The notes under the pieces were generated by a model. It did not search any database and was not told the DNA's origin. It was given only the letters and a program-made list of their open reading frames with translations. A stretch of DNA of 64,000 nt from a bacterium. GTDB taxonomy: Bacteria > Patescibacteriota > Minisyncoccia > Phycocordibacterales > UBA5272. Below are positions 39,420 through 49,803 of the stretch, piece after piece (positions within the stretch are counted from its first letter, which is position 1; the number at the start of each line of letters is the position of its first letter). Position numbers and translations under genes: made by a program. The DNA lies in assembly GCA_023267635.1 (NCBI GenBank), contig JAHFMX010000005.1:1989-65988 (forward strand), read 5' to 3'.

Positions 39420-40400
39420 TTAATGGGTGACTCCAGTATATCCCACAACATAGATATACCCAGATTCATGTGAGGAAAAGGTTATGTTCTTAAGATTAAA
39501 ATAATCAGCAAGCATAGGAAATATTCGAAGAGCCTCCAGTATTGTTTCGTGATATTTTTCAATTGCAGCAGTAGCACGCATCGCATCAGTATTCACTACA
39601 GAGAGATTTGAGAGCACGTTATTATATTCTGACACCCTGTTTAAAACAATGAGGTGGTATGGAATTGCAGATTTTGGAACCTTAACTTCAAGAAGTTTTT
39701 GGATGGACGCTTCCACTCTTTTCGAATTGGTAACCAAAGGAACAAGATTAGCTTCATCTGCTGTCTGTAGATACTTTGTGACACTCATAAGCTCGTCCGT
39801 AATTGTTTTCTCAGTAATGAGGTTTTTTAAAATGAGGGCTACATCATTTCCGTATTTTTTAATTGTTATTTTGCTGTCGGCAACAGAGGATATATCCAAA
39901 GAGGTGTATATTTTTGGTGCAATTTTTTTGCTTTCTTCAGCAAGTAGTTGGTTAACAACTTCTTGCTTGCTTGATTCATCTGCTATGCCCCCTTGTTGTA
40001 GGGCGGTAGAAGCAAGGAATGCGTTTTTTGTGAATGATGCAGTTACGTTGTTTGGATCGTTTAGAATAGCTAGTACTTTTGGGTCTGTTTCAAATTTTAT
40101 TCCAGACTCCTCTTTTGAGAGAGAGAGCGAACTTGCAATTATTTCCCCCCAACTTATCGCACCATCATTATCAGTGTCTGTTGCAAGGTTTTCTGGTTGA
40201 GAAATAGTCCCTAGATTTAAGGGCTCATAGCGTCTCACTTGTTTTTCTATACCAAACCAAGAAGCTGGAAGGAGTGATGTTCCAATCGTTAAGATAAAAA
40301 CAATGCCCAATAACAACAGAGGTGTGTTGCTTTTTTCTTGTGAAGTGAGATTTTTAGATGTGGGGATGTTCATATTCATGAGTATACATCTAAAAATCAT
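39420..40400 (-). CDS. Membrane-anchored hypothetical protein with a DxDxDG Ca-binding-like motif
   Basis: TM helix then DTDNDGAISWGE; start uncertain. Confidence 0.6.
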   Translation of the reverse strand: MIFRCILMNMNIPTSKNLTSQEKSNTPLLLLGIVFILTIGTSLLPASWFGIEKQVRRYEPLNLGTISQPENLATDTDNDGAISWGEIIASSLSLSKEESGIKFETDPKVLAILNDPNNVTASFTKNAFLASTALQQGGIADESSKQEVVNQLLAEESKKIAPKIYTSLDISSVADSKITIKKYGNDVALILKNLITEKTITDELMSVTKYLQTADEANLVPLVTNSKRVEASIQKLLEVKVPKSAIPYHLIVLNRVSEYNNVLSNLSVVNTDAMRATAAIEKYHETILEALRIFPMLADYFNLKNITFSSHESGYIYVVGYTGVTH

Positions 40401-40463
40401 TCAAAAATGAATGTTTGTTAACATTTGAAACCAAACAAGAGAACCACCTGTTAATTCGAGAAA

Positions 40464-41222
40464 TTAAAGTATTGAAATAGTAAGCCAAGTTGCAAGTGGA
40501 ACATCTTCCGCTCGAGTCTTCTCGTTTACATTCTGTTTTAGAAAGACTTCTTGCCAATTTGTTGTAGGGATTTTTTCTTTCAAATTAGATAACAAGTACT
40601 TTCTTTTGTGAGCAAAGCCAGCTTTTACAATGTTAAAAAACATTTGTTCGTGGTATTGGTTTTTAAAGTTTTTACGAGAGATGTTTTTAATCTGGAGGAC
40701 CGCTGAATCAACTGTTGGAATAGGATTAAAACTTCCTCTAGATACTTTATATACAAGTTTTGGTTCTCCGTAGGCTTTCACTGAAAGAGAAAGGATGGAT
40801 TCTTTTCCTTCTTTTGCACACACACGCACAGCAACTTCCTTTTGCACAAGCACCACCATAGTAGTTGGCTGATTAACATGAGAAAGATATCGCTCAAGAA
40901 TTGCTCCTGTTATATAGTACGGAATATTTGCAATGAGCTTGTAACCAGGAGCTTCTGGGTTATGAGTAAGCGCGTCCCCTTCGATAAGGGTAAAGTTTTT
41001 ATTCGCGCAGAACTTTTCAGTAAGCAACGGAATAAGATCGCTGTCTTTTTCAAGAGCGGTAACGTGGGCTCCTGTTTCAATGAGGGATTGTGTGAGGAAT
41101 CCCTTCCCTGGACCAATTTCAAGAATTGAGTCTGATGGAACAACTTCTCCTGCCTCAACGATCGCAATACGAGCTGGGATTGAGGTGAGAAAGTTTTGAC
41201 CAAGCGCCTTTTTCGGTTTCAT
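40464..41222 (-). CDS. rsmA: 16S rRNA dimethyltransferase
   Basis: KKALGQNFL, EIGPGKG, ANIPYYIT, P.P.VDSA. Confidence 0.96.
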   Translation of the reverse strand: MKPKKALGQNFLTSIPARIAIVEAGEVVPSDSILEIGPGKGFLTQSLIETGAHVTALEKDSDLIPLLTEKFCANKNFTLIEGDALTHNPEAPGYKLIANIPYYITGAILERYLSHVNQPTTMVVLVQKEVAVRVCAKEGKESILSLSVKAYGEPKLVYKVSRGSFNPIPTVDSAVLQIKNISRKNFKNQYHEQMFFNIVKAGFAHKRKYLLSNLKEKIPTTNWQEVFLKQNVNEKTRAEDVPLATWLTISIL

Positions 41223-41300
41223 GTATGAACTCTATCATGTTTGACTCCTTAATCCAAAAAGAGTAGTGTTGCAGTATGTTCATTGTATAAGGAGGTGGTC

Positions 41301-41690
41301 ATGTCACAACGCAGGCGCCCTTACAGGGTTGGGATTTCATTAAAGAACACGCCGTCAAGCGGTCTCTCTGTTGTTGAGACATTGCTTGCTCTTAACAAGG
41401 TGGTTGATTGTTTTGTGCGGAAGCATAAAAAGCACCCCAAGCTAAAGCCAGAGGGTCCTTTTATCAAAATCACTCTTGGATCTGGAAAAGAGGTGGAAGG
41501 GGTGCTGGATTGCGCTACTGAGCATTCAGTTACCTTGTTTCCAAAAGTGGTTGATTGCATTGTTGGACACAACCAGAAAATGTATCGCATAAGTTCGGTT
41601 GCTTCAACAGTGATAAAGATGAGCTCTGTGGACATGCTGGATTTCCAGTTTCGTTGTCGTGAAGTTTATCCAAACGAGCTTTCTGCATGA
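41301..41690 (+). CDS. Orphan protein with possible Sm/LSm-like fold
   Basis: IKITLGSGKEVEGVLDCATEHSVTL (Sm1-like), VIKMSSVDML (Sm2-like); TTGACT-17-TAGTGT, AAGGAGG SD, terminator 41690-41718. Confidence 0.55.
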   Translation: MSQRRRPYRVGISLKNTPSSGLSVVETLLALNKVVDCFVRKHKKHPKLKPEGPFIKITLGSGKEVEGVLDCATEHSVTLFPKVVDCIVGHNQKMYRISSVASTVIKMSSVDMLDFQFRCREVYPNELSA

Positions 41691-41716
41691 AAATTGCGTC
41701 CTACGGACGCAATTTT

Positions 41717-43669
41717 TTATATGTACACAACTGAACCCCCGCCCTGTTTGTAGTACAGGTCATTATAATCCCCAGTGTCTTCAGGAACATCTTCCAAAAA
41801 TTCACTAGGTGCATTAATTTGCTTTTGACCAAAGATCGTTCGAAGTTCAGCATACGTAAGATAGAGGTTCTTTCGTGCCCGTGTCACGGCTACATAGAAC
41901 AATCTTCGCTCTTCTTCCTCCTCTTCTTTGCTACGTTTTCGGTTACCAATGTTTTTATGTGGAAAGAGATCTTGTTCAAGTCCTGTAACAAAGACGTGAT
42001 CAAATTCAAGTCCCTTTGAAGCGTGAACCGTCATAAGTCTCACACCTGATTTTTCTTTTGTGTCATTGTCTTGGTCGGATTGAAGAGAGGTTTCTTCAAG
42101 GAATTGTGTGAGAATCTCTTTTGCATGGACCCCATCATAGCGCACAGTAAGAGACACAAGTTCGCGGGCGTTTTCTAAGCGTTCGCGGTCTTCCCCAGAA
42201 CCTTCTAGCATTTCTTTTTCCATGCCTGAGTCAACAATAATCATTTGCATGACATGAGACAGCGGCTCTGTTTCAACGGCTTCCATAATTTGGTCCAAAA
42301 AGTCATATACTTTTTCTATTTTTACCATCGCTGAAGCAGGTATCGGAGCGCCAGCAAATATTTTCGCAACAGTCACCTTACCAATTCCACGCTTTGGAGT
42401 ATCAAACACACGCTTGAGATCTGGTTGGCAGGCACGGTTAACAGCTGCACGCAGGTAACTCATAACGTCTTTCACTTCTTTTCTTTCAAAAAACTTTGTA
42501 CCTAAAAGGTTATAGGTTACGTTCGCACGAATGAAGGCTTCCTCAAGTACACGTGACTGAAAGTTGGCACGGTAGAGTACCGCAATAGTTTCCCCACCCA
42601 CACCGTCAGAAATTAACGCCTTACATTTTTCTGCAATCATTTCAGACTCCCCTTGTTCATCCCACGCAGGCATAATAGTAATCTTGTCCCCCAGCCCCTT
42701 CGAAGTAAATAAATTTTTATCAGTGCGAACAGTGTTCTTTTTTATTGCTTTGTTGGCAAGCGCTAAAATATTTCCTGTCGAGCGATAGTTTTCTTCAAGA
42801 AGCACAGTATGTGTTCCTGGGAAATCCTTTTCAAAATTAAGAATATTACGCACATTAGCCCCTCTCCAGCTATAAATATTTTGATCGGTATCACCTACAG
42901 CGCAGACATTATTGTAGAGAGGATTGATGAGCAGCTTAACAAAAGCGTATTGAGCGGCGTTGGTGTCTTGGTATTCGTCCACATGCACATACATAAAACG
43001 TTGCTGATAATGATTACGGATATCTGCGTGGTCTTCCAACATGTGTACGGTGGAAACAATAAGATCATCGAAATCAACTGCTTTTTGTTTCTTGAGCTCT
43101 TCTTCGTATATTCTCCACACACTAGAAATGATATCCATCTGCGCGGTCGCCACTTTTTGTTTGTAATCTTGCTGACTTACGAAATCCCCTTTCTCGCGGC
43201 TAATAATACTTCGAATTTTTGAAGGGTCATTAATTTTCGGATCAATACCGAGCTGCTCAATTGCTTGCTTGATAATAGATAGTGAATCTGAAGAGTCTAA
43301 AATAGTAGGATGTCTTTGTAATCCGAGCCGTGAACCATATTCAGATAACATCATAAGTCCAAGCGAATGGAATGTTTTAATAACAGGCGTATGGTGAAAA
43401 GGATTTTCTTTTTCAATGATACGTTCCTCTTCGAGACGTGAGACAATACGTTCTCGCATTTCTTTTGCTGCTTTGTTGGTGAATGTTACCGCAAGAATGT
43501 TTCTTGGGTCAGTTCCCTTTTTCACAATTTCAACAATTCTCTCCGTTATTGTTTTTGTTTTTCCAGCACCTGCCCCAGCTAAAATAAGAAGCGGTCCTTC
43601 GGTATGAAGAACTGCTTCTTGTTGTTTTGTGTTAAGTAAGACGTTTGCCACAGGACCCCAGTGTAGCAT
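41717..43669 (-). CDS. pcrA: UvrD/PcrA ATP-dependent DNA helicase
   Basis: AGAGAGKT, TFTNKAA, VDEYQDTN, ENYRST, TVHASKGLEF, YVAVTRA; start probably near 43649. Confidence 0.93.
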   Translation of the reverse strand: MLHWGPVANVLLNTKQQEAVLHTEGPLLILAGAGAGKTKTITERIVEIVKKGTDPRNILAVTFTNKAAKEMRERIVSRLEEERIIEKENPFHHTPVIKTFHSLGLMMLSEYGSRLGLQRHPTILDSSDSLSIIKQAIEQLGIDPKINDPSKIRSIISREKGDFVSQQDYKQKVATAQMDIISSVWRIYEEELKKQKAVDFDDLIVSTVHMLEDHADIRNHYQQRFMYVHVDEYQDTNAAQYAFVKLLINPLYNNVCAVGDTDQNIYSWRGANVRNILNFEKDFPGTHTVLLEENYRSTGNILALANKAIKKNTVRTDKNLFTSKGLGDKITIMPAWDEQGESEMIAEKCKALISDGVGGETIAVLYRANFQSRVLEEAFIRANVTYNLLGTKFFERKEVKDVMSYLRAAVNRACQPDLKRVFDTPKRGIGKVTVAKIFAGAPIPASAMVKIEKVYDFLDQIMEAVETEPLSHVMQMIIVDSGMEKEMLEGSGEDRERLENARELVSLTVRYDGVHAKEILTQFLEETSLQSDQDNDTKEKSGVRLMTVHASKGLEFDHVFVTGLEQDLFPHKNIGNRKRSKEEEEEERRLFYVAVTRARKNLYLTYAELRTIFGQKQINAPSEFLEDVPEDTGDYNDLYYKQGGGSVVYI

Positions 43670-43684
43670 GAGAGAAAGGCCTGT

Positions 43685-43975
43685 TTAGGCGCTCTTTTTG
43701 AATGATTCTTTCACCTTCTCTCGAGCTATTTGAAATAGTTCTTCATAGTTAGGCACGAGATGTTTGAGTGTGGTCGCGTAGAATTCTTCCCCCATATCAG
43801 TACTTGTCTTAAGTGCTGCAAATTTTTCATCCCCTAGCACGTCGTACACATCTAAAAGGAATTGCTTCTGAACTGTTTTTGTAATTTCAAACAGAGCTGC
43901 CTCCCTGTCTTCTTCAGATAGTTTCTCAAGTTCAAAGTCTTCTACGAGCTGGTTGTAAAGTTGTGTGAAATCCAT
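43685..43975 (-). CDS. Small acidic helical hypothetical protein
   Basis: 96-aa ORF coupled to flanking genes. Confidence 0.65.
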   Translation of the reverse strand: MDFTQLYNQLVEDFELEKLSEEDREAALFEITKTVQKQFLLDVYDVLGDEKFAALKTSTDMGEEFYATTLKHLVPNYEELFQIAREKVKESFKKSA

Positions 43976-43979
43976 GGTG

Positions 43980-46031
43980 TTATTTTTCTTTTCTAGTAAC
44001 CTTATCTTTAACTTCTTTAATCGCTTGTCTGAACGTTTTGGCCTTCAGTTTTTCAGCACTTGTTGTCATCGAAACATCATCAAGTGCTTTCCATAACATA
44101 CTTAGTTCTTTACCCCCTTTGTCAAGCGGCTTGTCATACAACCCTTTTGCATCCATTTCTTGAACATCTTTCCCAATCATCTCAAGAGCAGAACTTATTT
44201 TAGAGAGTTCATCGGAATACTGTACATATGAAGGTGCGTACTTCTGTATTAGTTTTTCACTAAGCTCGTTGGTGGAGTATGTGGATAGTTCCTTGGGAAA
44301 TTCTCTGTAGAAAGGATTTGTTTTTCCTAGATGAAAATATTTATGCCATTCGAATTTTGCCATTTGTCTACCGTCGGGCGCTGATGTTGTTGCTAATGAA
44401 ACGTCACCCTCTTCTTTCTTTGGACTTGTGTACGCGGTATAGAAAGCGGCAGACACCAATGTGGCGGTTCCAAGGTATTTCCACATAGGCACCCCAAAAA
44501 GTTTGTTTTGTTTTAGCCGTGCAATCCTAGTCTCAAAAGGAGGATTTACAATTTTTAATTTCTTGGCAAGAGAAATTTCTTTCTCAGAAGGAACTTTCTC
44601 CTGCTCGGGCGACACCTCTTTAGGGGCAGCAGTAGGTGCTACTAATTCTTCAGGTGCAGATTGATCGGCTGCTTTTGGTCTTCGAAGAATATTTTTAGTG
44701 GAGGGTGTTGTGGGACGAAGCACCAGAGAGGTGCCACTTTTCATTGGCTCCGCATGTTTTTCTTGTGGGTGTTCTGCTGTTGCTTGAGTAGGAGGAATAT
44801 GCAAAACGTCAGGCTTAACGTGGTGTTTAATATTGTTTGCTATAGGATGGTGAACTCCAATGAGAAGTCTCCCAGATAAACCTATGTTAGTAATGGCAGA
44901 CCTCCGCGCCTCCCCTGTAGCTGTATTGTCTTGAAGAGTTGCAATATCAACATCAATTGCCTTTTTTGCGGCATCAAGTTGGTCTTGAGATATTGAGAGA
45001 TTTGTGTTTTTCTCTCGATAGAGATCAATTTCACCACTATCAAGCCATTTCTTTTTCCAGGCTAAAAGTCCGCTAACACTGTACTCATTTTTTTGACTGA
45101 ACATTGTAAAAAGATCCTTGATTGGCGGGTAGGAAGGCGCCGCTTCTTTTTTGTTTTGGGCTAGTTTCTTTTTGAGTTCTTCTTCACTAAAAAATTCAAC
45201 TCCTTTTTCGCGGTGGTTTATTGAAGCAACTTCGACCATTCCATCTTTTGTGTTACGAACCCTGTAACTTTCATTTCCTGATGGAGTTGAAATAACAATG
45301 ATGTGTCCAGGGGTAAAATACACCTTCCCAAAAGGTTCCTTGGTTTCTTTTTGAAGAGGCGCGCTCTCAGCAGTTTTTTTCTGTGATTCTTTCCACATCT
45401 CACGCTGTTTCTCCAACTGAAATTCACTTAAAATTTCTTTTAACCCTCCGAAAGAGAATTTCTCTGTTCTCCCTTTTTGGGCACCGTCCGTTTGTTGCAT
45501 CATCATCCCACCTTCTTTTTCTAGAACTTCAACGATTTTCCAGCGGGATTCTTCGCTTATGTGATCTCTTGGTAAGAGAAATACTTGCCCCACCTCAAAG
45601 CGTTTAGGGATAATAAAAGACTGTTCTGTTGTTGTAGGAGAAGGTTCGATTTCTGCAATAACAGCTTCAGGCTCTCCTTGTGCATTTTTGGAAAGAGCGT
45701 CCAGCATACGCATAGCGTCTTCTGGAGAAAATATTTTTGATTCGATAAGCTTTTTTCCAAGATGAAGAGCAGTTTGCTCCTCAGGGGTGAGATTCACTTG
45801 TGGCTTAGGTGTTCGAATTTCACCATCCACCCGGCGAGGGCGATCTGGTTGAGGTGAAAGGGCTTTATCTTTCTTGATTTGGTCTTGGTGTGGCAGAAAA
45901 GTCCCCTGATTTTTTCTTATCAGCGGAGTTTCTTCCGTGACCCCCAGCTGCTCCTTCATAGTTTTGGGGTCTCTTCGAAAATCTTTGTCTTTTGGGGCTC
46001 CCTCAGAGCTAAAACGGTTATCTTTTCCCAT
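43980..46031 (-). CDS. Large Lys/Glu/Pro-rich hypothetical protein with a late TM segment
   Basis: Start set at MGKDNRF (46031) with TATACT upstream; hydrophobic YLGTATLVSAAFYTAY. Confidence 0.65.
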   Translation of the reverse strand: MGKDNRFSSEGAPKDKDFRRDPKTMKEQLGVTEETPLIRKNQGTFLPHQDQIKKDKALSPQPDRPRRVDGEIRTPKPQVNLTPEEQTALHLGKKLIESKIFSPEDAMRMLDALSKNAQGEPEAVIAEIEPSPTTTEQSFIIPKRFEVGQVFLLPRDHISEESRWKIVEVLEKEGGMMMQQTDGAQKGRTEKFSFGGLKEILSEFQLEKQREMWKESQKKTAESAPLQKETKEPFGKVYFTPGHIIVISTPSGNESYRVRNTKDGMVEVASINHREKGVEFFSEEELKKKLAQNKKEAAPSYPPIKDLFTMFSQKNEYSVSGLLAWKKKWLDSGEIDLYREKNTNLSISQDQLDAAKKAIDVDIATLQDNTATGEARRSAITNIGLSGRLLIGVHHPIANNIKHHVKPDVLHIPPTQATAEHPQEKHAEPMKSGTSLVLRPTTPSTKNILRRPKAADQSAPEELVAPTAAPKEVSPEQEKVPSEKEISLAKKLKIVNPPFETRIARLKQNKLFGVPMWKYLGTATLVSAAFYTAYTSPKKEEGDVSLATTSAPDGRQMAKFEWHKYFHLGKTNPFYREFPKELSTYSTNELSEKLIQKYAPSYVQYSDELSKISSALEMIGKDVQEMDAKGLYDKPLDKGGKELSMLWKALDDVSMTTSAEKLKAKTFRQAIKEVKDKVTRKEK

Positions 46032-46332
46032 AGTTGTAGTGCCCCAAGTATACTTTATTTTCAATAGGTTTGTGATACTTCTCCCCAGATTGTGGGGTCT
46101 TTCTAGCTGGGGATAAAGCTTGTAGTGTGACCCCCTTTTTGCTAGTATAGAGGGGTTACTTGAGAGACCTATATATCTTGACGTATACAGTAAAATGTTA
46201 CGTTCTGATACACGCACAGGGTACATATTCTAAGGTTGGGAATGTTAACCCCTCACCAACCTCCACTTTATCGTAGTAGATACACAAAAACGCGTTCACG
46301 CGGCCTTCCATATCTCAGGATCTGCAATACTA

Positions 46333-47310
46333 GTGATTGCACTTATGTTCCCTATTTCTTCAGCACACGCTGGCTTTTTTTCGTCTTTTACTGAGAAAGT
46401 GAAAGCGGTTTTCCTTAGTCCGGCTGAGGATGGTTCACCAGAAGAGTCTGCCACATCTCAAACAATGGCTGTTTTTAAGCCTGTTGTAGTTAGTGAAGAA
46501 AATGAGATTGATACGTTAGACTCTTCTTCAACGGGGGTGCTTTCTGCAACAACCGGATCACTTCGAGTTTCTACTGAAAATATTGAATACCCAATGAACG
46601 ACACGATTAGTGTCTACGAAGTAAAAAAAGGAGACACTATCGGCATGGTTGCTGAGCTTCACGGTGTTTCTAAGAATACTATTGTATGGGCAAACAATTT
46701 AAAATCTGAAAAACTTACACCAGGAGACATTCTCGTTATTCTTCCTATTACAGGCGTTCGTCATACTGTTAAGAATGGTGACACTGTGACTTCAATTGCT
46801 AAGAAATACAAAGGAGACACAGACGATATCGCAAAATATAACGGTATCGCAGCGGACGCAAAGCTTGTCGTCGGAGAGATTGTGCTCGTACCAGAAGGAG
46901 AAATTGCTGCGGTTGTCGTAAAGGGTAAGCCAAGCGTATCTGTTTCTTCTGGGAATTCAACACCAAACGGATTCTTTACTCGACCGCTTGTGGGAGGGAG
47001 AAAGACACAGGGCATTCACGGCAACAACGGAGTTGATATTGCAGCTCTTGTTGGAACCCCCGTTCTTGCTGCTGCAGATGGACAGATAATCGTTGCTCGT
47101 AACTCAGGATATAACGGTGGATATGGAGACATGATTATTATCAAGCACAATGGAAATATTCAAACCGTGTACGCTCACTTAAGTTCTGTAGGCGTTGTAA
47201 CTGGACAGTATGTTTCAAAAGGCCAAACAATCGGCGCGGTTGGTAATACAGGACGATCAACTGGACCACATCTTCACTTTGAGGTACGTGGAGCGAAGAA
47301 CCCCTTCTAG
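46333..47310 (+). CDS. LysM-domain M23 metallopeptidase
   Basis: Two LysM repeats (YEVKKGDT, HTVKNGDT), HGNNGVD, YAHL, STGPHLHFE. Confidence 0.92.
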   Translation: MIALMFPISSAHAGFFSSFTEKVKAVFLSPAEDGSPEESATSQTMAVFKPVVVSEENEIDTLDSSSTGVLSATTGSLRVSTENIEYPMNDTISVYEVKKGDTIGMVAELHGVSKNTIVWANNLKSEKLTPGDILVILPITGVRHTVKNGDTVTSIAKKYKGDTDDIAKYNGIAADAKLVVGEIVLVPEGEIAAVVVKGKPSVSVSSGNSTPNGFFTRPLVGGRKTQGIHGNNGVDIAALVGTPVLAAADGQIIVARNSGYNGGYGDMIIIKHNGNIQTVYAHLSSVGVVTGQYVSKGQTIGAVGNTGRSTGPHLHFEVRGAKNPF

Positions 47311-47492
47311 TTTTTGTTTCAAAATCATTCCATACCTAAAGGTACTGCGACTTTTAACAAACTGAGTACAGTTTAAAAAAGTCGGGAGCCTGCTTTGTTG
47401 AGTAAGAAATTTTTTCGGTCAATGTACTGCACGTACACTTCTCTCAAAAATTTCTTACTCGCCTCGCATCTAGGGCGATTTAAAAACAAAAA
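47311..47492 (+). repeat. Composite repeat: family 1 copy B with family 2 copy B (47389-47471) inserted in its 3' arm
   Basis: ACCTAAAGGTACTG-CGACTTTT..AAAAGTCG-GGAGCCT followed directly by GCTTTGTTG...GCCTCGCATCT. Confidence 0.75.
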
Positions 47493-47526
47493 TAAAATAA
47501 AAGCACCTAATCAGGTGCTTTTATTT

Positions 47527-49083
47527 TTATAGCCTATTCTCGTATAGTTTTGGTCTGTATTGAAAGGCTTCCAGAATATCAGCCTCAACTATGTGTTCTA
47601 TTTGTTTTAAGTCTGCAATAGTTCGAGCAAGTCGTAGTACTCGATGGTATGCTCGCGGCGAAAGCGCATATGAGGTCGCTAACTTTTTCATAAGGGTAAG
47701 CACTGGAGGGGTGAGGACGACAAACGTATCTATGTCTTTTGCTTTCATGTCTTTATTTTTGGAGATGTTCATTGCACCCCCTTTTTCAAAACGTGCTTTC
47801 GCAAACGTACGCGCTTTATGAACTTGTAAAACTATCGATTCGCTTTCTTCCCCTATGCGAGCATGAGAAAGCGTATCGTAATCAACGTGTTGCACAGGGA
47901 CCCAAATATCAATACGATCCATAATTGGACCAGAAAGTTTTCGAGCATATCTGTCTATGTCGGAAGGTTTACACACGCAACGCTTTAATTTACTCCCCAT
48001 GTACCCGCATGGACAAGGATTCATTGAAGCAATGAGTGTACATGACGCCGGAAAAAGAAATGTTCCTTTTGCTCGAGATACAGAAATGAAACCCTCTTCA
48101 AGTGGTTCGCGCAATGATTCAATAACTCGTTTATCAAACTCAGGAAATTCATCCAAGAAAAGTACACCATGATGAGCGAGCGTTACTTCACCTGGTCGTG
48201 GGCTTGCTCCCCCACCAACAAGTGAAACATAGGATGATGTGTGATGTGGACTCCTAAAAGGAGGGTGAGTAATGATAGAAGTTTTAGCGTGAGCAACAGA
48301 ATGTATACGGGTAACATCAAGCGCTTCAGTGCGTGATAGTGGTGGAAGTATTCCAGTGAACGCTCGAGCAAGCATTGTCTTTCCTGTTCCTGGTGGACCA
48401 TAGAGAGCAATGTTGTGTCCCCCAGCTGCCGCAATAAGAAGCGCTCGTTTTGCGGTTTCTTGCCCGCGAATATCTTTGAAATCTAAATATGAATCAGGAC
48501 GAGAGTACGCAATGTCTGTATACGGCGCAGGTGTAAGTGTGATGATATCCTCCACACCCTCAATGGTTCCACCTAAATGAAGAACAAGATCACGAAGATT
48601 TTTACAGCCATACACAGTAAGCCCCTGCACCAAAGAAGCTTCTTCGGTATTTGCTTCGGGAACATAGAGAGCCTGCGCCCCTTCTTTCTTTGCGCACTCA
48701 GCAATAGAAAGAACTCCCATCATCGGAAGGATTTCTCCTGTTAATGAAAGTTCACCAACAAACCATCCAACGTCCGTTGGAATTGATACTTGTTTCGATG
48801 CGATAAGATACGTTAATGCAACGGGAACATCAAAGTGAGAACCTTCTTTTTTAATATTTGCAGGTGAAAGAGAAACGGTTACTTTATGGTTTTCTGTTTT
48901 TGGATTTCGTAACTTAGTGTTCTTTAACGCTGCATTGATTCTGTCTTTGCTCTCATCAATCGCCTTATCAGGAAGTCCTACAATAGAAAACGAATAGAGG
49001 CCGTTAGATACATCAACCTCAACCGTAATTGGTTCAGCGTGTAATCCAACGATGTGTGCACTTTTTAAACTGGCGACACTCAT
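47527..49083 (-). CDS. comM: YifB/ComM Mg-chelatase-like AAA+ ATPase
   Basis: IVGLPD, KEGSHFD, GPPGTGKT, PFRSPHH, LFLDE, MNPCPCG, SGPIMDRID. Confidence 0.92.
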   Translation of the reverse strand: MSVASLKSAHIVGLHAEPITVEVDVSNGLYSFSIVGLPDKAIDESKDRINAALKNTKLRNPKTENHKVTVSLSPANIKKEGSHFDVPVALTYLIASKQVSIPTDVGWFVGELSLTGEILPMMGVLSIAECAKKEGAQALYVPEANTEEASLVQGLTVYGCKNLRDLVLHLGGTIEGVEDIITLTPAPYTDIAYSRPDSYLDFKDIRGQETAKRALLIAAAGGHNIALYGPPGTGKTMLARAFTGILPPLSRTEALDVTRIHSVAHAKTSIITHPPFRSPHHTSSYVSLVGGGASPRPGEVTLAHHGVLFLDEFPEFDKRVIESLREPLEEGFISVSRAKGTFLFPASCTLIASMNPCPCGYMGSKLKRCVCKPSDIDRYARKLSGPIMDRIDIWVPVQHVDYDTLSHARIGEESESIVLQVHKARTFAKARFEKGGAMNISKNKDMKAKDIDTFVVLTPPVLTLMKKLATSYALSPRAYHRVLRLARTIADLKQIEHIVEADILEAFQYRPKLYENRL

Positions 49084-49715
49084 TATTTGAGTATACCACC
49101 GCGAAGTGCAAGGACACCTTCTGTTGAAGATGAAATGACGAGCGTGTTTGTGTTTACGAATGCGTAGATGATTGTGCTACTTCCAGAAGTTCCAACGCGC
49201 ATGTTTTGATTGTTGCGGGTGACATCAATAAACATAAAAGGAACACTTGAGGTAGATACTTCTCGCGGAGAACCGACAGCCGTCGCAAGTTCATCAGCGT
49301 AGAGGCTTTCATTTTTTAACATGTATGAGAAAACGTCGGTATACGAAAGCACTTGCATGGAGTAACCGTATTCTGATTTTGTGATTGTTCCAATGTTATT
49401 TCCAATTGAATCATTAAGAGCAAGAGAAATTGCTAAGAGACGCCTACTTGTGTCTGGTAATGTGCCAGTGTTTGTTTGAAGTTGTTCATTACTAACAGGA
49501 TCTTTTGTTTCGAAAAAGAAAAGAGCTGCAACGGTTGCAATGACGGCGACCAAACAAAGCCCTCCAAGAATGAAAAGCATCTTTGAGGTTTGTACATGTG
49601 GAGTTGCAATGTTACCAATATCTCCCCCAGCAGAAGCAATGTCAGTAAGGCTCGCTTCTTTATGTTTTATCTCCTCAGAGATGTCGTGCTCAAATGTATC
49701 TACATTAGGTATCAT
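49083..49715 (-). CDS. Membrane-anchored hypothetical protein
   Basis: Single TM helix; TATACT 6 nt before ATG 49715. Confidence 0.65.
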   Translation of the reverse strand: MIPNVDTFEHDISEEIKHKEASLTDIASAGGDIGNIATPHVQTSKMLFILGGLCLVAVIATVAALFFFETKDPVSNEQLQTNTGTLPDTSRRLLAISLALNDSIGNNIGTITKSEYGYSMQVLSYTDVFSYMLKNESLYADELATAVGSPREVSTSSVPFMFIDVTRNNQNMRVGTSGSSTIIYAFVNTNTLVISSSTEGVLALRGGILK

Positions 49716-49803
49716 ACGTTCAGTATACAGGTAACATCTCACAAGAAAAATGGTATATAAAAAATCAACCCGTAGCTTGCGGCTACGGGTTGATTTTTAA
49801 GGA

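Noticed and set aside
46032-46226. N-terminal extension of the 748-aa ORF
   Set aside because: It falls in the divergent promoter region; TATACT upstream of ATG 46031 supports the shorter start.
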